DNA of 64,000 nt, from the IMG/VR virus record IMGVR_UViG_3300035498_000778, positions 32,001-96,000 of that record. One strand, given 5' to 3'. Numbering within the stretch: the stretch's first letter is position 1; each line of letters begins with the position of its first letter. Position numbers and translations under genes: made by a program. Positions 19,338-28,868 of this stretch are shown one piece after another. Source of the stretch: a virus. Lineage: Duplodnaviria > Caudoviricetes. The notes under the pieces are model-generated. The model had not been told where the DNA came from, did no database searches, and saw nothing but the letters and a program-made list of their open reading frames with translations.

Positions 19338-20354
19338 ATGGAAATACGTGAATTAAAGTCACAGATAATACAGTCTATTATTACTAGACCTGTATTCTCA
19401 AAATATAATGGGGATGAATTAGTTACTAAGTGCCCTTTTTGTGGAGATAACAATAAATTAGACGACGGTCATTTATATATACAAACCAATGAACTCGATG
19501 ATTCCAAACCGATGTTATATCACTGCTTTAAATGTAATGAGAGTGGTAAAGTGAACACGGAGTTATTGGAACTACTAGATATCTTCGATGATGAGATAAA
19601 TTCAGATCTTAGTAGAATGAATAAATCTAAATATAAGATAGTAAATGTTAAGAATAACGAATTGAAAACTTATAAATGGAAGATGCCAATCGCCACAAAA
19701 AGGGACATCAACAAAATACAATATATTGAAAAACGCCTAGGCATTAAGCTCAACAAGTATATATACGATGATGCAAAAATTGTGCCTAATCTTAAAGATT
19801 TTCTTAGATTAAATGAACTAACCGCAACCTGCAAAGATGATATGCTTGATATTGTGTCAAATAATTTTGTAGGTTTTATGACTTCACGAGGTACACATAT
19901 ATGGTTTAGAAACATTAAGGATAGCGGTGAAATACGATGGTATAAGTACCCCATTATTCACTGTACTGCGGGTAAAAACTATTATTCTATAAAAACGGAA
20001 ATAGATATATTGAGCCCTGACAATATTAATATCAACTTATGTGAGGGCGTGTTTGACGCATTATCCATTGCATACAATTTATGCTATGAGAGTGATTTAA
20101 ACATAGCAGTCGGATCTACAGATTATTTACCAGTCATCAATCACATTATATCATTGGGACTAGTGGGAGATAATATAACACTGAATATATACAGTGATAA
20201 TGACAATAATGCGACAACGTCAATACAAAATTATAGGAGATTACTATATGGTTTCAAACCAATATTTAAGGAAATTAATATATATTATAATTTATTAGAG
20301 AAAGATTGTGGTGTGCCCAGAGAAAAGATAAGATTGAAAAAAGAGATAATATAA
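19338..20354 (+). CDS. DNA primase (Zn finger plus TOPRIM)
   Basis: CPFCGD...HLY...YHCFKC; TOPRIM motifs EGVFD and YSDND. Confidence 0.85.
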   Translation: MEIRELKSQIIQSIITRPVFSKYNGDELVTKCPFCGDNNKLDDGHLYIQTNELDDSKPMLYHCFKCNESGKVNTELLELLDIFDDEINSDLSRMNKSKYKIVNVKNNELKTYKWKMPIATKRDINKIQYIEKRLGIKLNKYIYDDAKIVPNLKDFLRLNELTATCKDDMLDIVSNNFVGFMTSRGTHIWFRNIKDSGEIRWYKYPIIHCTAGKNYYSIKTEIDILSPDNININLCEGVFDALSIAYNLCYESDLNIAVGSTDYLPVINHIISLGLVGDNITLNIYSDNDNNATTSIQNYRRLLYGFKPIFKEINIYYNLLEKDCGVPREKIRLKKEII

Positions 20355-20391
20355 ATACAGCTACAGGTCAACTGTAGTTGTATTTTTTTAT

Positions 20392-21234
20392 TTATATTCC
20401 TAACCAAGCTATAGCATCATAAACAGATTCATTTACATCATTGATCGTTGTATTCTGGGTACTTTTATAATTTATTATAACTTGCTTAAGATTTCGAAGA
20501 ATACTGCTATACGCCAATTGAGCAACCTGTAAAGATAATTTGTACCTTCTAATTTCTAAGTTGGTAACTTTATTAATAATAGTACTTAGTTCGCTATCAT
20601 ATTGAGGTATGCGTCGGTTACAATAATTGATAGTATCATTCACTAAACGTTCGCACGTCTTAACATCATTATTAAGTCGGTCTACTGCACTAGCCATATG
20701 GTCAATATATTTATAGTTTATAATATCCTCAACATATATTTTCGAGTTTTTGAGGGTGTTATCTGAGATATCTTTTTCGATGCTTTCAAATATTTCGTTA
20801 TTACAATTAATTGACTCATTCATTTCCTCTTTAACTATTTTAAACGCTTCGTCGTATACTGCTCTCGCCTCTTTTCTGGCACGCTTTGCAAGTCGTTCAG
20901 GAATATTATCCAATTCTTTATTAAGTGCGTCCATATCGATGTCAGAACTTATAAGATCACCCTCTACTTCATCAATCATTGAACGAAGAGCTTTTATATT
21001 ATTTGATATGCTAGAGGTTGTATTCAACGTCTTTAAATAATAATCTACATTTATAACGTCAACTTGCAATTTAAGTATATTTTTATCCTCTTTAGCTAAT
21101 TCTCTTACCCTTGATAAGTAGTTATCGGAATTCTTCTTAAAAATTACGCTTTGTAATTTTTCAATAAACTCTTTTATTTTTTCTTTTATGGCTTTAAATA
21201 ACTCACCTAATCTAGTCTTAATTTTTTCAAGCAT
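20392..21234 (-). CDS. Putative internal head protein of the paralogous family
   Basis: Begins with the family amphipathic helix MLEKIKTRLGELFKAIKEKIKEFIEKL; C-terminal VNES motif. Confidence 0.5.
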   Translation of the reverse strand: MLEKIKTRLGELFKAIKEKIKEFIEKLQSVIFKKNSDNYLSRVRELAKEDKNILKLQVDVINVDYYLKTLNTTSSISNNIKALRSMIDEVEGDLISSDIDMDALNKELDNIPERLAKRARKEARAVYDEAFKIVKEEMNESINCNNEIFESIEKDISDNTLKNSKIYVEDIINYKYIDHMASAVDRLNNDVKTCERLVNDTINYCNRRIPQYDSELSTIINKVTNLEIRRYKLSLQVAQLAYSSILRNLKQVIINYKSTQNTTINDVNESVYDAIAWLGI

Positions 21235-21337
21235 TAATAAAAACTCCTTTCATTTGTGCTTATTATGTATACTGTTTTTAAATAGTTCATAACAATAATG
21301 TAATAAAATTTTTATAACTTGAAAGGATTGATAAATA

Positions 21338-21775
21338 ATGATAACAAAATTTGAGGGCGACTACGATTATTTAAATATGTTTCACAACTGTTCAGTGACA
21401 TTTGAAGGTAGAACATATCTCAACGCATATGCGGCTTATCAAGCAAGTAAATGTGCTAATGAAAACGACAAACGTGCATTCACTAGATTAAATGCCCTCA
21501 AGGCTAAGAAGAGGTCTCGTACCATTACTGCTAGAGACGATTGGGATAAAATAAAGTTTGATATCATGTATAAGATACAAGAGGCAAAGTTTACACAGAA
21601 TGAAGACTTGAAGGAAAAACTATTAAAAACTAAGGGTCTAATTGTTAACAACACAAGTTATCCTGATAAAGACTACGGAGTACATAATGGACGAGGCAAG
21701 AACGCATTAGGAGCAATCTTAATGGAATTACGTGATAATTTATTATCACAGGAAAGAGATCAAACCGAGGAATAA
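21338..21775 (+). CDS. NADAR (YbiA-like) family protein
   Basis: YQASK, RDDWDKIK, AKFTQN.DL...LLKT, GRGKNALG..LMELR. Confidence 0.85.
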   Translation: MITKFEGDYDYLNMFHNCSVTFEGRTYLNAYAAYQASKCANENDKRAFTRLNALKAKKRSRTITARDDWDKIKFDIMYKIQEAKFTQNEDLKEKLLKTKGLIVNNTSYPDKDYGVHNGRGKNALGAILMELRDNLLSQERDQTEE

Positions 21776-21835
21776 AATAACTACGCTTATGGACTAAAAC
21801 AAAGTTCCATAAGCGTAGTCTTTTTTGTCGTGTAA

Positions 21836-22099
21836 TTAACGACTATAAAATCTTCTTTCATTATATACATTTTCCATCATGCCTTTCTTTAGGACATATC
21901 TGAAATCAAAGTCCAATGGTCTATTAATTCCTAATGCCTTATATAAATCTTTTCGATATGAAATATCATGCTTGTAATCGTAAAATCCTATGTCTGTCAT
22001 CCATTCTTCATATCCCTTATCATATAGTCGCACATCAATGTTTGTTCCTTCAATCCATTTTTCCCTCTTCTTATTCTTCAAAAACAGCATTAATATCAT
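21836..22099 (-). CDS. Small hypothetical protein
   Basis: GAAAGGA SD; late promoter 22138-22149 on the minus strand; shared terminator about 21781-21820. Confidence 0.55.
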   Translation of the reverse strand: MILMLFLKNKKREKWIEGTNIDVRLYDKGYEEWMTDIGFYDYKHDISYRKDLYKALGINRPLDFDFRYVLKKGMMENVYNERRFYSR

Positions 22100-22178
22100 A
22101 TCCTTTCTCTTGTTCTACATAATATTTTTTCTTTCTATATATTAATGTTTGTTTTGAGTATATGATAAATAATCGTTA

Positions 22179-22211
22179 CCGTAATGACGTAAACTATAGT
22201 TATATATTATA
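22179..22211 (+). promoter_or_regulatory. Bipartite early promoter
   Basis: CCGTAA-N14-GTTATATATTATA. Confidence 0.75.
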
Positions 22212-22266
22212 ATTGTGAAGTAAAGAAATAATGAGTACATTATGAACTACTTCAATATGTAAGCAC

Positions 22267-22343
22267 ATCCTGATCTGGAATATTGGAACGCCCAAATCAG
22301 GATATTTTCTATGTTCCATCGGGGAAAGCTTAAAGGAGGCCCC
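22267..22343 (+). ncRNA. Pseudoknot leader (type I) plus SD hairpin
   Basis: ATCCTGATCTGG / CCAAATCAGGAT stem; loop TGGAAC pairs with GTTCCA; GGGG..AGGAGG..CCCC. Confidence 0.55.
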
Positions 22344-22348
22344 ATATC

Positions 22349-22495
22349 ATGAAAGAAATGTTCGAACGTATGGTTGAAGAAATCGCTGAGGCTCAGAACT
22401 ACATAGACAGTAGCTGGGATGCTGTAGGGCATTCATCTGTTTACTGGACTAATGACAATAGCTCAGATGAAACTTTCGATTATTACGAAGCCTAA
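22349..22495 (+). CDS. 48-aa acidic early protein, missed by the ORF track
   Basis: AAGGAGG SD; translates as MKEMFERMVEEIAEAQNYIDSSWDAVGHSSVYWTNDNSSDETFDYYEA. Confidence 0.7.
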   Translation: MKEMFERMVEEIAEAQNYIDSSWDAVGHSSVYWTNDNSSDETFDYYEA

Positions 22496-22589
22496 GAATT
22501 TTGATATTCATGATGACATAAGTAAGCCCGTTGAGATTCAGAACCTCAACGATCCACTCTAGACCATAGATTCTTAAGGAGGAATCATT

Positions 22590-23039
22590 ATGTTAAGAAC
22601 AACCTTAACCAACACTATATCCGCTATTAGCGGAGTAATCTCTAAGGCACATGCCGCTCACCCAATAATCACTGGGTTAGTATTGTCAGAAGCTATCGAA
22701 ATGGGTATTAGAACTGTCAGCGGAATAATAACCACTGCAGTATTCAAAGTAGCCAAGATAGAAGACAGCCCTATGCCAACTGACACTGATGATATCGTTA
22801 GCATGACTCTCAAGCTTTCAGCCAGCAAAAGACGTATATGCTGTAACGGTATAGTCATTGCTCTTAGAGTATTAGTCATACTTGCATTGGGTACTATTCA
22901 GAGCCCAATTGCAGCATCACTCGTGAGATTCCTAATATTCGATAACGTACTTACACTCATCTCTGGTATAATAGTTCCTTATATGATGCGTGCGTTATTA
23001 CATGGTATCGATAAAGTCTCAGAAGTATGTGCTGCATAG
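22590..23039 (+). CDS. Early membrane protein, paralog of 45206
   Basis: Several hydrophobic segments; N-terminus identical to 45206..45652. Confidence 0.75.
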   Translation: MLRTTLTNTISAISGVISKAHAAHPIITGLVLSEAIEMGIRTVSGIITTAVFKVAKIEDSPMPTDTDDIVSMTLKLSASKRRICCNGIVIALRVLVILALGTIQSPIAASLVRFLIFDNVLTLISGIIVPYMMRALLHGIDKVSEVCAA

Positions 23040-23141
23040 TAAACCCACAAAACAATATTCATCTCACTCAGAGTACAAATTGTACTCATTCATAATATTC
23101 ATCGCATTGGGTTTAAAGTGAGTATACCTTATTTATAAACA

Positions 23142-23208
23142 AGGTGGATACGTAAAACGGAACGACGTATTCATCTAAATTCTATGTTCCGATCAGGGTA
23201 GGAGGCCC
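23142..23208 (+). ncRNA. Pseudoknot leader (type I) plus SD hairpin
   Basis: AGGTGGATACGT / ACGTATTCATCT stem; loop CGGAAC pairs with GTTCCG; GGG-TAGGAGG-CCC. Confidence 0.6.
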
Positions 23209-23215
23209 ATGAATT

Positions 23216-23971
23216 ATGAAAAAGATGTTACTAATCACCGCTGGTGTAGCTGCAGTTGCTGCAACAGTTATTGCTTCTATGGTAGTTATCAACAAGAAGA
23301 AAACACAACAAGTTGATACTATAGATGACACATTCGAATGCAGTGGCGATTGCGAAAACTGTCCTAGATACGACACATGCTGTGACATCGAAATCGAAGA
23401 AGTTTACGTTGAAGGTGTTACAACTGAGGATGAAACATCTGAAGAAAATACACCTGATACATCTGAAGACGACACTACCGACATCAACGATGACAACAGC
23501 GACGAAGATGACCCAAGAACCATCTACAACCGTATTATGCATAATGACTCTAAGGTGACCGAATTCCTCAAAGTAAAAATGCTTGCATCAATATCCGAGA
23601 TGGAATCTAAAGACTACAAAGGAAAACTAAATCATCCAGACTCTCAGGCATATTACAGATACAATAGTTTTGCAAATGCCCTCGCTAAGCTTGTAAGCAT
23701 ACGACTAAATATAAATATGATGCATGTGAATAATGAAAGCTTATTACGTGAAGAACCTATCGTTGGCTCTATCATAGAAACAGCCGCAAGAGTATTCTAC
23801 TTATCTGAAGATGGTAAGAATGTAGTGTGTGACCATGATGCCCATGAAAAGTTATTATTGTTATACTCAGAGTTCGACAAAAAATTTGGATACCAACATG
23901 AGGTAGACCATGTCCTAATGTATGAAGAAGTGGCCAAAGATTGTATCGATGGAGTTAACGACATTAAATAG
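23216..23971 (+). CDS. Early membrane-anchored Cys-cluster/acidic protein, paralog of 45828 and 46422
   Basis: N-terminal TM or signal segment, CSGDCENCPRYDTCC, D/E/T-rich linker. Confidence 0.75.
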   Translation: MKKMLLITAGVAAVAATVIASMVVINKKKTQQVDTIDDTFECSGDCENCPRYDTCCDIEIEEVYVEGVTTEDETSEENTPDTSEDDTTDINDDNSDEDDPRTIYNRIMHNDSKVTEFLKVKMLASISEMESKDYKGKLNHPDSQAYYRYNSFANALAKLVSIRLNINMMHVNNESLLREEPIVGSIIETAARVFYLSEDGKNVVCDHDAHEKLLLLYSEFDKKFGYQHEVDHVLMYEEVAKDCIDGVNDIK

Positions 23972-23980
23972 CAACAATTT

Positions 23981-24008
23981 AAAAAGAGTTTCATATGAAA
24001 CTCTTTTT
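23981..24008. terminator. Perfect 28-bp palindrome terminator
   Basis: AAAAAGAGTTTCAT|ATGAAACTCTTTTT. Confidence 0.75.
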
Positions 24009-24017
24009 TTTTGTGTT

Positions 24018-24105
24018 ATTATTTGCTTTTTCTTTTAAAAATGCTTTAACTATTGTATTTATTATAAATAGTAATATTGGTGTTATGAAAAATTTCTCAC
24101 TACCA
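24018..24105 (-). pseudogene. Frameshifted remnant of the 3' end of gene 47221..48432
   Basis: Nearly identical to 47221-47312 apart from small deletions. Confidence 0.8.
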
Positions 24106-24119
24106 GAAAACAAAAAATA

Positions 24120-24247
24120 AAATTAAAAGTATAGTGAAGATTTCTTCACTATACTGTTATATCAAATTTATAGAATCGTCTATGCAATAGATGCTGGAGG
24201 ATAAACACCTAAATAATATTCATAGGCATCATTATCAAATCTTAATT
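24120..24247 (-). ncRNA. Candidate late small RNA with an anti-SD motif
   Basis: AACA-ATTATG-TA at 24258-24247 (-); hairpin 24128-24155 is followed by a U-run only on the minus strand; contains UAUCCUCCA; no SD-led ORF. Confidence 0.35.
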
Positions 24248-24341
24248 ACATAATTGTTGGTTGTCGATCAGCTCAAGAATGATTTTTGATTTATCATCGA
24301 ACTTTTATTTAATTTATAAAATATTTTGGAGGAATATTAAA

Positions 24342-26939
24342 ATGAGAATAACATATATCAAATTGGTTAATTTCATAAATTTTTATAATTGCCTAGAGAC
24401 GACAGAAGTGTCAATAGATTTAAGTGAAGCTAATAATAGGATACTATTGATTACTGGAGCAAATGGAACTGGAAAGACGTCTTTACTATCAACACTACAT
24501 CCGTTTGCTACAAACGGTACCATGGATGTTAGAAGTGATAACAGTCTAATCAGAAAAGGTGAAGAAGGGTACAAAGAGATCCACATACAAGACGGATCAC
24601 ACAAATATGTGATAAAACATTTTTTTTCACCAAAAGGAGATACACATAGCGTAAAGTCGTACATCGCCAAAGATGACGTAGAGTTAAACACGAATGGAAA
24701 TGTTACATCCTTTAAAGCGATTATAAGCGAAGAATTAGATATGGAGCCAGAATACTTGAAACTAATGAGACTAGGCTCTAATGTTACTAATTTTATAGAC
24801 CAAAAAAGTACTGATAGAAAAAACTACATGAGTAAGATATTAGATGATGTAGATTTATTCATGAAATATTATAAGGTAAGTACTAATAAAATTAGAGAAC
24901 TTAAAACCATTATATCTCATTTATCGGATAAACTCAATAAACTAAATATATCAAATATAGATGAATATGTACTTGACATTGAAACTCAGAAAGAAAAGCT
25001 CACTGTAATAGAAACGAAAATAAAAGAACTAGAGCAGAAGCAAGCCATTTATAATCATGAAGTTGAAACTAGAGATGGTATAGGTGATATCACATCTGAA
25101 ATAGCTGTGTTGCAAGCTAAATTAAAAAAAGTTGATAAAGATGATCCTGAGGTGCAGTCAATATCTGATTGTGAGATAGCGATAGCAAATTTAGAAGAAA
25201 GACAAAATACTCTGAAACAGGAAATTGAGGTATCAAAATCATTACATGAAAATAATTTGAACCAATTATCAGAATTATCTTTAGAAATAAATGAATGCGA
25301 ATGTGAGATAGAAAAAGCTGAATTAGCATTTAAACTTCACGACTTAAGTAAAGAACGCGATGATATAGATGACAGAATAAAAAATATTTATAAGATTCAT
25401 AAAGATTTCGTGGACAGAGATGCATATCCATATACAAAGTCTGAACTAGAATTGTTGATATCCGCTTTATTGACATGCAATGAATTAGCAAGTACAATTA
25501 AGTCGTACAATCACGATGCATTAGTAAGAGTAACAGAATTAATAGAGAGCGGAAGTGATGTCAAAAGTGAAATAAGCAAGGGTTATTATTTATTATCGCA
25601 GAAGAGAACATCGCAAGAAGCTTACATGATAATAAATAAATTCATCGATGATATAGCAGATTGCCAGCCTAGTTGTGAGAATCAATCATGTCCACTTATG
25701 AAATTCTGGAACAAATATAAATCATTAAACACACATGTTGATCAGTCTGACAGTATGGGAGAGGATTATTATGAAGATATGTCGATTATTAATAACACTA
25801 TCATCTCTATCAATAAAACCCTTGAAAATTCTATAGGAATAATCAATAAACTTCCTGTTGAATTACAGATATTCTTAAGTCAGAAAGCTATGTTTGATAA
25901 TTTGATAAGGAATAGAGAATGCGTAGATATAAAACCATTTAATAAGCTATTATCAGATATAAGCGAATATGAATATCTTCAAGAACTTATTAAAGAATAT
26001 GATGCTATAGAAAAACGAATATCTCTAGCTAAAACCGATAGTAATATGGATTATTTAGAAAGAAGATTGTCTGAGTTGAACTGTAGAGTCGACGAACTTT
26101 CATCTTCCAACAGAGGTTTGCTTAATAAAATAGATACTAATACTAAGTCACTTAAGATATGTGAGAAGGACTTGGATAATATCACTACACTTTATGATAT
26201 ATTTTTGAATGTACAAGAAATAAGAGAATGTATATCAGAACTTAGAGAACAAGAGGAAGAAGTAAGCAAGTATCAATCTTTATTGAGTGAAGTCTCTGCA
26301 CATTTATCCAATTTACGTATTACACAAGTTAATATGAGTAGAGAAATAAACCAAGCGGACTATAAGATTAATGAGTACAATAATTTGATTGATGAATTTA
26401 ATAAGTACAATAAGAAGTACGACAAACAAATGCTAGTCCATAGAGCACTAAGTACAAAAGAAGGTATACCATTGAAATTCATTGAGATGTACTTTAAAAA
26501 GACTAATATGATAACTAATGATTTATTATATGCGGTGTACGGAGATTCGCTACAATTGAATCAGTTTGTTATTAATTCTGATGAATTCAAAATTCCTTAT
26601 ACTGTAAGAAATATGACTATACCTGACGTAGCATATGCAAGTCAAGGTGAAAAATCGTTTATTTCATTAGCGTTGTCGTTCGCTCTTGCATCACAAAATT
26701 TGACTAGATATAATATAATGCTTTTAGACGAGGTTGACGGTGTACTTGACAAATCAAAACGTGAAATGTTTATGCCGATTTTGGATACCCAGCTTGACAT
26801 GGTAGATGGTGAGCAAGTTATTCTGATATCACACAATTTTATGTTTGATAGTACACCTGTCGATGTTATAGACATGAGTAACAATGATAGAAATAACGAA
26901 TTGCCACTGGCGCACTATATTAAACTAAATATAAAGTAA
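24342..26939 (+). CDS. sbcC: SbcC/Rad50-like SMC ATPase
   Basis: Walker A GANGTGKTS, long coiled coil with central Cys hook, SQGEK signature, LLDEVDG, ISH. Confidence 0.9.
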   Translation: MRITYIKLVNFINFYNCLETTEVSIDLSEANNRILLITGANGTGKTSLLSTLHPFATNGTMDVRSDNSLIRKGEEGYKEIHIQDGSHKYVIKHFFSPKGDTHSVKSYIAKDDVELNTNGNVTSFKAIISEELDMEPEYLKLMRLGSNVTNFIDQKSTDRKNYMSKILDDVDLFMKYYKVSTNKIRELKTIISHLSDKLNKLNISNIDEYVLDIETQKEKLTVIETKIKELEQKQAIYNHEVETRDGIGDITSEIAVLQAKLKKVDKDDPEVQSISDCEIAIANLEERQNTLKQEIEVSKSLHENNLNQLSELSLEINECECEIEKAELAFKLHDLSKERDDIDDRIKNIYKIHKDFVDRDAYPYTKSELELLISALLTCNELASTIKSYNHDALVRVTELIESGSDVKSEISKGYYLLSQKRTSQEAYMIINKFIDDIADCQPSCENQSCPLMKFWNKYKSLNTHVDQSDSMGEDYYEDMSIINNTIISINKTLENSIGIINKLPVELQIFLSQKAMFDNLIRNRECVDIKPFNKLLSDISEYEYLQELIKEYDAIEKRISLAKTDSNMDYLERRLSELNCRVDELSSSNRGLLNKIDTNTKSLKICEKDLDNITTLYDIFLNVQEIRECISELREQEEEVSKYQSLLSEVSAHLSNLRITQVNMSREINQADYKINEYNNLIDEFNKYNKKYDKQMLVHRALSTKEGIPLKFIEMYFKKTNMITNDLLYAVYGDSLQLNQFVINSDEFKIPYTVRNMTIPDVAYASQGEKSFISLALSFALASQNLTRYNIMLLDEVDGVLDKSKREMFMPILDTQLDMVDGEQVILISHNFMFDSTPVDVIDMSNNDRNNELPLAHYIKLNIK

Positions 26940-26965
26940 GAAGAGGGATTTCCTCTTCTTACTTT

Positions 26966-28204
26966 TTACATAGATCTTGGTCTAGAATCATCAAGGATAT
27001 CTTCAACCATACTATTTACATACTCAACGTTTACATATATTAATATCTTATATGTGTAATATACGCCGCATCTTATGAACTTAATTTTCATATTTTCCAT
27101 ATCAACTATATAGTTAACTCCACTAGTCATAGGTTTTCCCTGTTGACGTATTCGAATATCTATGAAGTTTGTCCACGGAACGCCTGTAGCAATATGTCTT
27201 CGTATTACATGTTTTAAGCTGGCATTAAACAATGATGATATATCGATTTCATCATTTGGGTTATCCAATTTACATGATGGCTGTGTATATAATTGCCATC
27301 CGTCTTTTAAATCATAATCTTCCGCACATATAACATCAGTATATACAGGTATGATTGTAGCGTTATCAGGAACAGGTAATGTCATAGTTTTATTAAGTTT
27401 ATTAGAAAATAAGTAATAGAATCCAGTTCCCCAAAACTCTGCTCGAATATTAAATGATAATTGATACTGACTCATTACTTGTCCTACCTTTTCGCCTTCG
27501 TCTGTGCTTAATCCATTAATTATTGTGTCAATGTTAAGTGGATAGTATCTGTAAAACTCTGTACTATTAGTACTTCCCTGAAGCCTGTACGTAATCGGAT
27601 ATCTAGATATTCCGTTTAGATATTTGACAAACGGTTCAACAGAACCAGAAGCGTCTAACATCGGGACTCCAGATATATCCGAGATGATTTTCATTAGGTC
27701 AGGTGATAAGTAACTCTCTGCAGCGGTATTTATAGTTATACTACGAGTATTGCCTATATTATTTCTTATAAACGTTGCGTAGTTTATTTGCTCCATAAGG
27801 GTTGAGAATATTAATACAACATCGAAGTTTAATACACAACGGTCTAATTTAAATTTCATGCATATATTATGCTTTCTATCTAATATAAAATCTTCAAGGT
27901 TTGTACCACCATATTTACTATAAATATCTGTCATTCTTTCGTTCACCAATGTTTCGCCCATGAACATGTTAGAACTGTCCCAATCTATTCTAGGACGTAA
28001 TATCATCATAGGTTTCTCTTTTTTAAATACCTCATTTGTTGTAGATCTTAACTGCTTATGGGCTATTTTGCTATTCACATGAATCGTCTTAAATAGTCCT
28101 TGTGGGAACATGTCTAAAATCTTTTTTTGGATAATAGCTGTTATGTTACCATATGTGTGTGCTGAAGATGTTAAACATGAAATATAGTTTATGCCCTCAT
28201 TCAT
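26966..28204 (-). CDS. Putative virion structural protein
   Basis: 412 aa, beta-rich; late promoter 28229-28240 (-). Confidence 0.45.
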   Translation of the reverse strand: MNEGINYISCLTSSAHTYGNITAIIQKKILDMFPQGLFKTIHVNSKIAHKQLRSTTNEVFKKEKPMMILRPRIDWDSSNMFMGETLVNERMTDIYSKYGGTNLEDFILDRKHNICMKFKLDRCVLNFDVVLIFSTLMEQINYATFIRNNIGNTRSITINTAAESYLSPDLMKIISDISGVPMLDASGSVEPFVKYLNGISRYPITYRLQGSTNSTEFYRYYPLNIDTIINGLSTDEGEKVGQVMSQYQLSFNIRAEFWGTGFYYLFSNKLNKTMTLPVPDNATIIPVYTDVICAEDYDLKDGWQLYTQPSCKLDNPNDEIDISSLFNASLKHVIRRHIATGVPWTNFIDIRIRQQGKPMTSGVNYIVDMENMKIKFIRCGVYYTYKILIYVNVEYVNSMVEDILDDSRPRSM

Positions 28205-28332
28205 TTATAAATCACATCCTTTCATTTTTAAAGAATTGTTAACATGTGGATAAATTAATACCTAGCAAACATTAAGTTAATCCTTTTGGATACAAATAAT
28301 AAACGAGAGTTAAATACGGAGGATGATTAAGT

Positions 28333-28776
28333 ATGTTGGATATTACTATTCATGATCGAGATAATGTGTGTGGTGTGGGACCCACAATAACCAGCGCGGC
28401 ATCTGACTATCTAGATAAAAAGCTAATTAAGCTAGGATTCATACATAAGAATTACGGAGAGGCATGTCGTGTTAATGAAATCTATACTTATTTAGCTATT
28501 GATGTTAATCCGACTTTCATATGTGATGCGATTAACGCGTTTAGGCTTTATACGTTGGATTATTATGACGATGACTGTAAAGACGACCTATTTGTATTTT
28601 TCAACGATTCGATGTATATAAATCAGGTTCCGACAAATGTGTTTGATAACAAATCATCATACATAATCACATTATTTATCAACGATAACAATTACGAAGG
28701 TTTGCACAATTTTGAACTTACAATATCAGAAACCCATTCAGAGTTAGATAACTATCTTAATAGAAATAAGAAATAA
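28333..28776 (+). CDS. Hypothetical protein
   Basis: GGAGG SD; late promoter 28268-28279. Confidence 0.6.
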   Translation: MLDITIHDRDNVCGVGPTITSAASDYLDKKLIKLGFIHKNYGEACRVNEIYTYLAIDVNPTFICDAINAFRLYTLDYYDDDCKDDLFVFFNDSMYINQVPTNVFDNKSSYIITLFINDNNYEGLHNFELTISETHSELDNYLNRNKK

Positions 28777-28868
28777 CCGCATGAATAAGAGGCAATTTGT
28801 CTCTTATTCATTTTTATAATCTCATTTACATTAAGATAACGTTTAATTTAAAAAGGAGAATAATAGTA

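Larger units (their letters stand above)
22566..24105 (+). repeat. Segmental duplicate of the early cassette at 45182-47312
   Basis: Near-identical SDs, gene 5' ends, 176-nt spacer, terminator and downstream flank. Confidence 0.9.
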
